A DNA stretch of 63,984 nucleotides, counting the filler, from Ionaspis alba (Eukaryota): the NCBI GenBank assembly GCA_964255285.1. It is 3 parts of 3 records of this genome, joined end to end, with 100 filler letters (N's around TTAATTAATTAA, not from the genome) between each part and the next. Parts side by side here need not be neighbours in the genome. Positions count along the whole stretch, not along the records: positions 22,497 to 44,846 come from CAXUUL010000209.1; 2 more parts are not named here. The stretch is one strand, 5' to 3'. How positions within the stretch are numbered: the stretch's first letter is position 1; each line of letters starts with the position of its first letter. Shown here piece by piece: positions 25,684 to 37,698 of the stretch. The position numbers and the translations under genes are program-made. The notes below the pieces were generated by a model. That model searched no databases and was not told the origin of the DNA. It saw nothing but the letters and a program-made list of their open reading frames with translations.

Positions 25684-27792
25684 CTAATCTCTCACCTCCC
25701 CAACCAAACTCACTTTCCCGCCAGCTCCACCCTCCCTCACCCCGGACGACATAACCGCCACCAACAAATCTATCGTCCTCTCCCTATGCCCATCCACCAC
25801 CGCTTCCGCCTTCACATTTCCCGCAACCTCTCCCAGGGCATCAAGCGCCACCTGCACGTTCGCTATTTTCTGTGCTCTGTCCTTACAGGGATACTTCAGC
25901 TTTTCTGACAAATGTTTCTGAGTTGGATCAGACGGCGGAAGGAGCAGCTCGACCAGCCGTGTAAGGCGGACACCATCCCTCAGCGCGGTTGCGAGATTCG
26001 TGAAAGGGTAGACGTAGCTCGCTAGTGGGGACTGGACGTAGGTCAGGGTGTAGCCCAGTCGGGTAAGAGGCCTGGTGAGGTCGGTGCTGCTGCCGGAGGG
26101 GACGAGGAGGTTTGTCAGTTGGCGGAATACGGCGGCGGAGGATTGGTACCGGGAGGTGGAGAGGAAGACTGGAGAAGGAGAGAGGGCGTAGTGGGAGGCC
26201 GTTTTGTCGAGGAGGATGAGGAGGAGTAGGCTTTGTTCCAGTGTGCGGCGGTAGGACCAGGGTGGCGTGGGGATGGAGAGGGAGGGCGAGGTAGGTGGAG
26301 TGGAGGCGTCACTGTTGAGGAGGAGGTGAGAGGAGATGAAGGATGTGATGGCGCGGGTATTGGGCATGGTGCTGATAGACGATTCTAGGATTGTGCGCCC
26401 AATGACAATTTCAAGAGCGGGACAGAGCATGCTAGGACTGTATGTTTTCGTCCAGAGATTGACGAACTTTCGTCTAATACCGATGTCATGCGGGATACGG
26501 AGGGCTTCGGTGAAAGAGCTTTTGGGGAGGCTGAGTGCGCCGTACAGGAGGGAGGCTTGAAGACGTTTGTGCAGGAATATTATCGATGGCGAGTTGTATA
26601 GCTGCTGTATGTTTTGCCGTAAGGTGTCTGGACCTGCGGTGCTGGGGGATGGGTTGGCGGCTGAGAAGATTTGGTTGATGACGGATGTGAGTGTGACTTC
26701 GTTGTCACCTAGCCAGGGATCTTCGAGCACCTCTTCCGTGAGGACGTGGTGGGTGATGGGAACAGCTGGTGCATGCGGGATTGCTGGTGTGGGAAGAGGA
26801 GCTGGTGATTTCCCAATAGTAGTTGGAACAGCGGAAGCCTGCCTTGATTGATTGGCGGGAGAGTTCCTCTCCCTCGTCAGGCGTGGTCGATGGGCTTTCG
26901 TCTGAAGATTCGGGTTCCTTGCAGGATTTGCAATAGTCTCTTGCATAACTGGAGGCTCGGTGGGACTGTTGAGTGCCCTCTTGCTCATGACGGGCGATCG
27001 CTTGTGCAAAACCTGAAAGCTTCGTGCCACCGTTTCGCCGAGCAGATTCTCCTTCTTCGTGTGGTCTCCAACGATCTCTCGTCCTGGCGGGATGTTTTCT
27101 TTCCCCGTAGCCTTTCCATATCGATCCTCTACCAAGCAGTGCTCTTGAACGGGTTTGAGAGCTGGCTGCAGAGGCACACGCTTCGGAGCTGCTGCTAGTG
27201 ATTGCCTCATCGACGAAGTTCGAGTTCGAAGTCTGCCATTGGCAAGTGCGGTGAGAGATTGTGCCAGAGCCATGTCTTGCTCGCCCGGACATTTCATCCC
27301 CGGATGAATTGTCAAGATCGTTGTATCATCTGATGGCACATAAATTGTTCTCCTTCTTGGCCCTTTTCTCACGGGATCTCGAGTCTCCTTTTGAGCCGCA
27401 TCATCGATTCCGCCATCTACTCCAATCTTCGTGGCTTTCGCCTCTCCAGTAGGTCGTGCGATCAGACCACGTAAAGGAGCCGCGTTCAAATTGTCCCTCT
27501 TTGATACCAATGTCCTATCTTTCCCTTTTTTCCTAGACTCATTTGCCCAGTTTGACGGTATCGACTCCTCCCCTTGGTCTTCGAACACTCTAACAGCTGC
27601 ATCACCTCTTGTCCGCGTCTTTCTTCTCCTAGGCGCTGCCTGACGAAATGCAGCCTGCAGGTCTCTCGTGAAGTCAAGGTTCGCAGTGTCTCCATGAAGG
27701 ATCGAATCGATCCTTACCACGCGTCCAGCGAGGAACTTGTGGGGCGAGGAAATAGGGACGGGACAAGGTGTTGTTTCGGGATAGTTCAGCAT
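25684..27792 (-). CDS. ASPM/abnormal-spindle-like calponin-homology protein
   Basis: 702-aa ORF with TTPCPVP, RRRTIYVPSDDTTILTIHPG, GKENIPPG, LHKRLQASLLYGAL and the CH-domain motifs NLATALRDGVRLTRLVELL..LKYPC..NVQVALDAL..VVDGHRERT. Confidence 0.75.
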   Translation of the reverse strand: MLNYPETTPCPVPISSPHKFLAGRVVRIDSILHGDTANLDFTRDLQAAFRQAAPRRRKTRTRGDAAVRVFEDQGEESIPSNWANESRKKGKDRTLVSKRDNLNAAPLRGLIARPTGEAKATKIGVDGGIDDAAQKETRDPVRKGPRRRTIYVPSDDTTILTIHPGMKCPGEQDMALAQSLTALANGRLRTRTSSMRQSLAAAPKRVPLQPALKPVQEHCLVEDRYGKATGKENIPPGREIVGDHTKKENLLGETVARSFQVLHKRSPVMSKRALNSPTEPPVMQETIANPARNPNLQTKAHRPRLTRERNSPANQSRQASAVPTTIGKSPAPLPTPAIPHAPAVPITHHVLTEEVLEDPWLGDNEVTLTSVINQIFSAANPSPSTAGPDTLRQNIQQLYNSPSIIFLHKRLQASLLYGALSLPKSSFTEALRIPHDIGIRRKFVNLWTKTYSPSMLCPALEIVIGRTILESSISTMPNTRAITSFISSHLLLNSDASTPPTSPSLSIPTPPWSYRRTLEQSLLLLILLDKTASHYALSPSPVFLSTSRYQSSAAVFRQLTNLLVPSGSSTDLTRPLTRLGYTLTYVQSPLASYVYPFTNLATALRDGVRLTRLVELLLPPSDPTQKHLSEKLKYPCKDRAQKIANVQVALDALGEVAGNVKAEAVVDGHRERTIDLLVAVMSSGVREGGAGGKVSLVGEVRD

Positions 27793-28307
27793 CTTCCAGA
27801 TGAAGAAGGAAGGGTATGCTCTAATAATGCATGTCGAGTTGCGGCTGAAGGATATAGTGATGCATTGTTTTTGAGGGCTTTGATGTTTGGGATGTCTAAA
27901 ACTTGAGCGTAGCGTTGCTAGGGTAACAAAGTGGACAAGCCAGCCAAGACACTCGACCTTTCTTTGAACAGATCCAATTACCTTCCAATTTTAGGCTGAC
28001 TCGGCGCTTCGAAGGAACCACGAACACGTGAAATCTCACATAGATCGTGGTGAGAATTGCATAAGGACATATATATATATCATCGAGACCAGCTCTCGGA
28101 GCCGATTTACTTTTATTTACTTCGGCAGAGTGTCTATCTAATTCCACCAGTGGAAATTTGTTCACACATGGTTCCAATTCTCGCTCATTATGCACACACC
28201 GTGGACGCCATCATATCAACAGCTGTCTCCTCAGCTTCCCTGTCTGCTACCACGCTAAACACAAAATTGCATGATCAGCCGCAAGTCAAGACAAATGTTC
28301 CCCATGT

Positions 28308-31300
28308 TTACCCCCTGAGCCCCAACTCCATACTCCCCGGTCCGAAGCTCTGACAATCCATCATATCATCTAACACTTCTCTGAAAACCTCCACCACACT
28401 TCCAACAACGCCGAGACGATTCCACTCTCCCCTCGTTCGCCAGATCTCATTCATCATCGCGCTGTACACCTGCTCCAATTGCTCAACCGAGCACGGACTC
28501 GTCTTCTCGACCAACTCATCGAAGAAACCTTGCGTGATATGATTGTCGATGATCAGTTTTGGCTGCGCTAGTGCCGTAGTTGCTACGGCAAGGGTTGGAG
28601 AAGTGTTGAGGATGGATTGGATTGTGCTGGGGTGAGGGCGGGGAAAGGCTGGGACAGGAGGCTGTGACGAGGGCTGCGAGCTGGCACCACTTGGATTGGT
28701 CTGCTGACTCGACCGGTTCGAATGGACCTCTGTTTGAAGAATGTTAGCTCGAGGACGATTGAAGTAGATAACAAAAGAGGAGACCTACCTTGCGTATCTG
28801 GAAGCTGGGAGTTTCCAGGAGGCGCAGCTGGCAGAACTTTGAGGTCAGGGCCTTCATTCTTGCCCGTCTCCTGGGTGTTGAATGGGCCAGATGAGCCGGT
28901 CATTCTCTTGTCGGAAGACGTCGTGGATGCGTCGTTACTGTACATTTGAGGATTGGATCCCTCTGCCATAGGTGTGATAGCACTCCGCTGAGATAAACTC
29001 CCAGGGTATGATAATCGCTGTTGCAAAGATGCGGGTCCACCAGTGTGGAAGTGTAAGGGCCGAGTTTGTGCTGATGGGCCGAAGGAGCTGTCCTGAGTCT
29101 CACGCTCTGTCGAAGGTCCATCATCGCTATTCGTCATACGGGTATCATCACCCTGTGTAGCTACTGATTTCGGATCGCTGTCGTGTAGATGACCTTCGAG
29201 ATTGCTCAGGTCAGAGATGCCGTTAGATAACCCGTTGGTGAGAGTACTCGGTTGCGACGGACGTTGTGGAGTGATTGGGTTGTGTAAAATTCCGTTCAAG
29301 GTAGGCTGTCCCAATACAATAGCACCCAATGACGGTTCTGTCGAGATCTCGCCATCGGTCGGAGGTACATTGGATACTATCTGTTCCGCCGGTCGACCTT
29401 CAGCTTCTGCTTGCTGTTTTGCTTTCTCGGTTTGCTCTTTCTCCCGCTCAGCTTCTCGGAGGTAGACGGCCTCGCACTCAGCCACAAGACCGGGCTCGGT
29501 GATATCGAAGTTGCCAATATCGACTTCGACATTGGCTTGTAACTCGTTTGCCTTGAGAAGACGATCTACATCTCCAATAGCCTTGGCATCCTTGGTCAGC
29601 TTCTTAATGTCGGAAAGGAAGTCTTTTGGCCGTTTGTAATAACCGTTCGATAAGCGCTTCTCTATCGTGACGGTCTCCAGGTTGTAGAAGAATTTGCCAG
29701 AAGCTTGCTCGATCAAACCATGTTCGCCACGATCATTGACACCTTTCTCGTAGGGGCGGAAAGTGGCTGCAATGCGCTGCTCGTGAGGCAGATCGGTACT
29801 GACGAGGGAAGGGTCTTCCTCGTCGTATAGGTAACGAATTTGACTTTCATCAATCACACCGGTGCGGAACTTCTTGTACTTGAGTCGCACTTGGTCCATA
29901 ATAGGCTGAATACGTAGCTTCAAGTAGTTGAGGGTCTGCCTGTCCTTTTTCTTCTGTGCTTTCAGCTCCTCCTTGGATGGTGGCTCAGGTGCCTTGGGAG
30001 GAGGTGGTGGAACAACTGCCAATTTCTCAAAGACTCGTTTCTTCCTATCTGCAGGGTTGGGAAAGTCCGCGGGCGAGGCGTTGAGGTAATCAATAACTGG
30101 CGAAAAATACTCTCTGCGAGATGTCCTGCCAGGCTTCAGCAGGTCAAACTGGTTTCGTCGTGAAAAACCAAAGAGATTCTTGATCATCCGTGGATCGACT
30201 TCCTCTTCATGGCTCTCCAACACTCCCAACAGGAGTACAGGATCAGTTGGATGCAAAGACCTTAACAAGCCAAGGAACGTCGATATAACGGCATCACCAA
30301 CTGTGGTATACCATGTGTTCACATTAGGAATGTAAATTACACTGGGTTTGTGCCGTTTGACTTCAGTGAACAGTTGGACGATTGCGGCTTCCGGAGACTG
30401 GCAGAACTTTAGCAAAGAAACCTATAGCCTAATTGGAGATAGTTACCCTCGTAGAGTCACTCAACAGTGTTGGAAGATCAAAAGCTTGGACGTGAAGGCC
30501 TTCGAAATGGTTGAGCAGTGCGCCTGCTAAGTACTGTTGACCCATTCCAGGTACACCACGAATCAAAAGTCGAGGGCGGAATACTCGAGATCGTTCAAAT
30601 TCTATTGAGGTCAGCAACAGAAAGACAATTGTGAATATTCAACCAGAACCATACCTTGTTGCATGCGCTCGGTACCCATTCCGCGATCACCTTCGGCGTC
30701 TTCGAATTCTGCCTCTTCCAATGCCGTCAATTGCTTTTTCTGAGGTAAAACATCGGCAAGAAGATTCTTGATCTCTTGGAGAGGATGGCGGAGAAGTGGT
30801 TCGATGCTTTTCGGAAGTGGTGCAGCTCCGGATGTGGCTGATCGCTCAGACGAAGGAACGATCTTTTTGATCGAGATCATAAAATCTTTGGCGGCAATGC
30901 TGATGGTTTCTGGCTTGATTTGAAGCTTCTCATTGGACTTGTATATTTGTGGATATCGTCTCTGTACGGCATTCAAGGCGGCCTCAGTACATAATGCACG
31001 AAGGTCAGCACCACCGTAGCCTTTAGTAAGGTCGGCTAATTCGTTCTTGAGAGAAGCTGGCACTGGTGGGTCCCACCCCTTGGTATGGATGTCAAGTATG
31101 GCACGTCGAGCTTCTGTGTTTGGCAAAGGAAAGTAGAATTCACGGTCAAATCTTCCAGGACGGCGAAGGGCGGGATCGATCGAATCAGGTCTATTGGTGG
31201 CGCCGATGACGATGACTTGGCCACGACCATCCATACCATCCATAAGAGCAAGGAGAGTGGAGACGATGGAAGCGTGGATTTGCTCCTGCTTGCTCGATCG

Positions 31301-33576
31301 AACAGGGGCAAGACCTCAAAGGGGCATTAGCATTGATGGATCATTTTGGCGTGACGAATCTTACCATCGATTTCGTCGAAGAATATAATACTCGGTTGAG
31401 TCTTGCGAGCTTCTTCGAATAACAAGCGGAGCTGACGCTCAGCTTCACCAACCCATTTGCTCAAGGCATCTGCACCCTTTCTCATGTAAAAGGTGACTTT
31501 CCGACCTTGCGAGCTGACACTGGACGCCAACGCTCTTGCCAGCAATGTCTTACCCGTCCCAGGAGGTCCATGAAATAGAACACCTCGGGGTGGTGTAACA
31601 TGGAAGCGCTGAAAGACTTCAGGATACAGGAGAGGTAAGGCCACCATCTCCTTCAGCTGATCAATATGTCCTTGGAGACCACCAACACTATCGAAGTTGA
31701 CATTTTGATCAACTCCTAGAGGGTCTGCGTCGGCCAAAGCCTGCTTGTCTTTGATTTTGCCCAGGTTCGCGGGAGTGCCGGCTGGTCCCTGGACCGGGTC
31801 AGCACTATGTGTTTGTGCAGCAGGAAAGAGGCCAAAGCCAGGTGGAGCTCCCGTCGTAGGTGTCATGCCGACCGTCCCACCGACTCCTTGACCGCGAGGT
31901 CGTTGCATGATGTCATCGTCACTGCTATCAGAGTCCGCTCCTCCAGCAGCGCCGACGCCACCGGGACCCCCAAGTACAGGAGGAGGACCACCAGCACCAC
32001 CGAATGGTCCATAGGTAGAGAAAAGGCTCCTCTGCCACCCCCCACCAGCACCTCCACGACCTTTCCTGGAGGGAGTGTTTGCGGATGGAGGTGCATCGTC
32101 TTCGACAGGGAGATTGAGGTCAGGACGTAATATTCGGTAGTCGACAGGTTTTCGCTTCCTCGTTTGTGGCCTATTGTCGTACAGGATTTCGTCTCGTGCG
32201 CTCCGCCGTGGGCGACCACTTCGAAGATCCTCCAGCTCCTCCGCCAACTCGTCCGCCATGTCACTTTCATGTTCATCAGAAGTCGCACCCTTTCGACTTA
32301 TGGCTCGTCCCTTGCCTAATCTCCTCGATTTCCGAGTATTGCTCCCGCTACTGTCCTCCTGCTGACTAGCTTTGCGAGGCGAGCTTACCGATGCTTCGGA
32401 ATCCGACACATTCTCATCAGCATTCTCTTCTGGACCAGGTTCGAAGTCGCTTGTATCGTCAATGCCGCGCTTTTTGCCTCGTTGAGAACTCTGAGCAGGT
32501 TGTGCATTTGCACTGGATCTGAGTGCGCGGCGTGTCGACCGGCTTGAGGGTTTCTCAAGCACCCCCGGCTTCTCCTTTTCCACACCAGATCCGCTTCGTC
32601 GCTTGCTCCGTCGAGGCTTGTTGACGATGTCTTCATCCTCATCTTCATCATCGTCCCCTTCGGCATCAGACTCGGGTACGACTGCAGCATCGTCCATTTC
32701 GACTTCATGGTCCGAGGCGTCACCTTCCATGGCGTCCTGGGTGTCAGTCGTCTTCGGCTGCTGCATATCAGGGTCGTCGTCGCTATCAGCTAGGTCATCA
32801 CGACTTGCAGCTATTTCGCGATCAATACCAAGATTACTGCGAGTCTGATTGTTGTCCTCGGGTTCTTCTTTAGTGGGCGCGGAGGATTCGTCTTCGGCCT
32901 CAAATATCGCACTGACAGGCTTCTTGACACCCTTGCCGCCTTTCACTGCCCGTTGTATGGCGCCATCTGGGCTCCTCGTTCCAGGACGTACGATATCAGC
33001 ATGATGGCCAGAATCTGTCAAAGCTATCATGGGCTCAGTGTCGTCATGAGCAATACGACTGCTTCTCCTTTTGCCACCCGAGTTTGAGTCTGCTGTTGGA
33101 GGTCTTTTCATCCCAATACTCCCACTTCTAGCACGAGTGCTTCTTCTTGTTGGCTGGGGTGTTTTGACGTTCAGCTTCACGATGAGCTTCTTCTTTTTCT
33201 TAGGTGTTCGCTTTTCTTCTGTGGATGCCTCGGGTTCTTCCACGAACGGGTCTTCGTCGTCATCGCTTTCTTCGTACTTTGCATGGGTTTGCCTAGCTTT
33301 GCGCATAGGTCGTCCTGTAAGAGGGTTCACCTCAGGTTCTGGTTCATCAACAGGAGCATCATCCTCGAATGACCCTTCGGAGAGCTCGCTTTCGCTGATA
33401 TCTTCTGAACCATCTCCACCATAGGATGTGCGTTGCTTCTTGCGGGCTGGCTTGCTGCGACGTGGTTTGGAGACCTTAGGTCCTCGAGATCGCGCAGCGA
33501 CTGCATCGTAATCAGAGTCCTCAGAATCGGACTTAAGTGGATCGAAATCCAGAGCACGTTTGCCACGACCAGGCAT
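28308..33576 (-). CDS. YTA7: Bromodomain-containing AAA+ ATPase (Yta7/ATAD2), 5 exons
   Basis: Acidic N-terminus, ALADADPLGVD, Walker A GPPGTGKT, FYMRKGADALSKWVGEAERQLRLLF, Walker B IIFFDEID, ATNRPDSIDPALRRPGRFDREFYF. Degenerate second AAA module GVPGMGQQY. Bromodomain-like IEKRLSNGYYKRPKDFLSDI. Confidence 0.96.
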
Positions 33577-34774
33577 ATTAGCGAGGACCCGGAGGCTAAG
33601 TAGGTACTAATGGTCTGCATTCAAATGAGGTCAGCTGGATTAGAGTGAGATCGTTGCGAAATAATATAGCTTACACATAGAAATGGCGAGAACCAAGGAG
33701 CGCAATTCGTACACTGTCTATCTCCTATATACAAGCATTTTGCTCGTGCAAGTCGTAGGTTCTTGCGCAAATTGATTCCCTGAGCTATTCGCTAGCTGCG
33801 AAATCGTAGGGTTCGAGCGCATTCAGTTATAGTTCCGACCACGAAATACTAGAATCTCGGCGATCAAAACGCACAAAGTAAATGGTAGACTTGATTTTCG
33901 AGAGATTTCTATCGTAAAGAGATCGTAGAAATTGTTTGGTTGATGAACAGATCAAGTTCTCGTGTGCTGCTTGCCTGGAAGAAGTTGCGGGCTGGGATGT
34001 TCTCTTAGCGCCACCACTAGCGCTATGCACACCCGCCATCAATTACGAGTAATCGACACAACAATCGTAGATTCAAGATGATCTCCAATAGCGCAAAATC
34101 ACAACTCTCGATGCCACAATAGCAACCACCATAGAGCGTGTTCTTGCAATGAACGGGTCTGTTCCGATTTAGAAGCCGAGATTTCGGTATCAATGAAGCA
34201 TTTCCAAAATCACTATGCTCCCACAAAAGCCTTCAAGTACTTCGACAATAACTACACCATCCCAGCTATCAACAGCAGGTACGCTACCGTGCTGCCGTCG
34301 GCGGCTCAAAAGCTTATCGTCGATAAGGTCGCCGCTGCCACATGGGTGGATGAGAGCCGCATCACGTGACTATGTTCGGCTGTGTATCTACTTGTAGCTT
34401 AGTCCGGCGATGCTCTGGGGATCGGAATGATGCCGGATGGATTGCTCCAAGATATGGACTCAATTTTATATCGGAGGGTTCTGCTGATGAGACATGATCA
34501 TTCATGGGTCAGGGCTGTTTCAAGACTACAACCTGCCCAACTTAGCTATCCATAGTAACTACAGAGCTACCAAAATTCGCTCTGCCAATCAGCTCCCCTT
34601 TGCCAATGACCCCATGAGCGCCTATGCTAGATTAGGTATATAACGCCAAGCAGAGATGAGGTGCTGCAGCATTGAGAAATCCACATTTTGGCAGGCAAAG
34701 CGACCAGATCGTCCTGACATCATGACCACTGTCATACCAATTTTACACGATATCCACCCAGACGCCGACCACAA

Positions 34775-36786
34775 TCACCGGATGACTCCCCATCTCTCCA
34801 TTCGCCCTCCGCCTCCATCCTCACCGACTCCATCCCTTTCTCTTTTGCCAAAACATTTCCAGAATCGTAGCGTTTCATCTCCGGCACCCGTCACTACCGT
34901 CTGACCGTCCGGGCTCATGGCGAGATAGAGCACACGATACGTGTGACCTGTGAGACTGGCGACCTGGGTCATGCTGGGATACTTCCAGATCACGATCTGA
35001 TTCTGACTGTAACCATGCGTGCTGACGATCTCGTTGCTATTCTTGCTCCAGTTCAAGTTGCAGACTTGCGACCCAGTGTCAATCTCTTGGATCATATTCC
35101 CGGTAGCTGTATTCCAGAATTTAATGCGGCGATCGGCAGTACCACCTCCAGAAGCAAGTAAGGAATGTTGATGAGGAGACCAAGCAATAGCTTTGACGGC
35201 TGCAGTGTGATCACTAAATTTCCACAAAGGAGTCTCTAATAATTTGTCCCAAACCATCAGCTTATTGTCGTTGCCACCAGAAGCTAGCTGCCCATCTTCA
35301 GTGTTCCATCGTAGACCACAGACTTCTTGCTTGTGGCCCACAAGCTTCCGAAGATACTGATCCGGTTGCCGTACGTCGCGGTGAAATATGAGACGATCTC
35401 GAGACCCCGACGTGAGGATGTGATCATTCCAGGCTAAGGCTCCTACCCTTGCTGTGTGACCTGTCATGGTCCGTAGACGACGACATCTTTCAGCATCCCA
35501 GATTTGAACAAGACCTTTATTGGTTCCTATCGCTATGTGAGACCCTCGTTGTATCCATGACACTGAAGTGACGGTATCGTCTGTCAAGTCGCAGAGCTTG
35601 GTCACACGACCTGAGGCGGAGTTCCACATATAGACGCAAGATCCTAAGCCGACACCAAGGATGTTGCTGCTACCCCAGTCCACAAGGTTAAGATAGAAGT
35701 CATCTGCGAGATCTGGAGCATCAAGAACCTTGAACGGTACTTTGCTCACTGATCTGGGTACCTTTCGCGGGCTGAGAAGTAGACTCTGGCTGTTGAACCT
35801 GACGGGCGATAGACTGTAGAGATCTGACCGCACATCTAAGTTGGGTCCGTGTCGGCTTTGGGGCGTGCGCGATGGGGTAGGATGACCCGAAATATTTAGA
35901 TGATGGCGAGGCGACACGTATGTAAAGAGGTTCTTATGCGGTGTGGATGGTGTGAGACTAGCAGGGGGAAGGGCAGATGCTGTGGTGATAGGAGGGGTCC
36001 TGCATCTTGTTGGATCGTGCATGGTGGTAGAATGGCTCGAACCAGGCCCGTTAGCATCTGGCGATAATGAAGGAGGTGTTGGTTGAGGTATCGTCGTATC
36101 GAAAAGTTCCGAGCGTAGTAGTTTTGAATATGTGCGATTCGCTTCTTCCGCTACGTCCTGTCAGCCACGAAAAGCCGTTGCCACAAACCAAGCACATACT
36201 CTTCTGAAAATGTAGCTCTCCATTTGCTGGCCTCCTCTTTGCCCTTGACGGTGTGGTAGGAGAAGCATCATCGTGCAGAAGACTAAAGCTGGCTTGTAGA
36301 TCCTGTCCTTCTCGGTTTGGTATAAATCTGTCCATAGTAAGCATTAGCCGACGTTCATCGAAACCTCTCCACTCCCTGAGGTTCCACCACCAGCAGGCCG
36401 ACAGCTTCACGAGTGGAGAGTGGAATCATATGCTGGCTTTAGCGGCCAAGCTCAACGCCCAGAGCAGAAAATTTTGTCACTTACCTATCACCATATATTC
36501 TCTGCCTCTTCCTGCTTGGGCTCCCACCCGGCGTCCTTTCCCGAGCTCTTCCAGCATCCTCGAATTCTTTCAAAGCTTTGCTCAATGCACTGGGATCAAT
36601 AGCCTCCGATCCCTCTTTTTCTCCCGTAATGAGTGTAGTTCCGCTCGAATGGTTGCGTTTTCCTGTAGCAGCTGCTGGTGGACTTGTAGTGTCTGGAGGT
36701 GAGGTAAGTGTGGGCGTTTGATGTGTCTCCATGGTCGCATAGGTCGAGGTAGATAGTTCATGTGATTCTATTGTGACTTTCGTCAT
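34775..36786 (-). CDS. CDH1: APC/C activator Cdh1/Fzr1/Srw1 (WD40), 3 exons
   Basis: C-box YGDR|FIPNR is split by an intron. KVLDAPDLADDFYLNLVDW, WD40 repeats, GAGDETLRFW, C-terminal IR tail (..GVIR*). The start codon could instead be at 36732. Confidence 0.95.
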
Positions 36787-37698
36787 TTTGAAGGAGAGTT
36801 GATTTCACGGATCTGCGCCTAGGCAGGACTCGAGTCACCAACCATACAGAAGTGTAACAACTTGTCACTGTCGTAGAGGCTTTGCGCCGCGGCGCTCTCA
36901 ATTGTTGTGGTTCCGTCGCTGCTTTGACGTCCAAGCCGTTTGCTTTCAATGCATCCTGGTGCGTGCAAACATGCGGATACGGGGAGAGCTCCTGAGCGAT
37001 GGCACACCTGAAGAATCCGAGTCTATTGCACTGATAGGAGCAGAAGGCGAAGTGTGGTCATTGATGAGACCTCGAGTGAACAGCTGATGGTGAGCGTGAC
37101 GATGATGAAAGTGAACGATCCTAAGTTTCGCACTTGGTGAAGTGAGTTTTGCCGACCGCCTGGTGGAAATCTAAATTGCTCCTTAGCAACGGATCTCGGT
37201 TTTCTAAATCAACGCAGCAGTTTTCAAGCCTGGGCAATAGAGCCTCCTTGCCTGAGGAAATGATGAAGTACAGTACACACAATAAGAATACTGTTGTCTC
37301 CCACTCAAGGTCACCCTGGCGGCCACACACGCGATGGCTGGTACCTGACCGTCAAAACATCCGCCTCGAACAGGTTAGCGCCCAAAACCCCCATCCAAAC
37401 AGTCTGTCTCAGCCCACGCGAGGGACAACACTTTGATTGGCAAGGACATGGGTTTCAAAGGCACCGGCGGCCGAAAGCTTCGTATACCGATGTCCCTCGA
37501 TATCGGTTTTAACGCTGTCCTCGTATCGAGCTTCAACATAACATTACTCTACGTACACAACTGTACGAGTTTGTTCGTCGTTGCAAGCATCTATCGCGAA
37601 AGAAAGCTCTTCGGTCCGGAGATTTAACACGGCCCGCGGTGTACATTTAGCCTCGTTGCCTCATGGCTTTCGTGGGTTCAGCCTGACGACCTCCCTCG

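Noticed and set aside
34360..34510. CACGTG motif and TGATG/CTGA boxes suggesting a Cbf1 site or C/D snoRNA
   Set aside because: Short motifs expected by chance. No terminal stem or rRNA guide identifiable without an Rfam or snoscan search.
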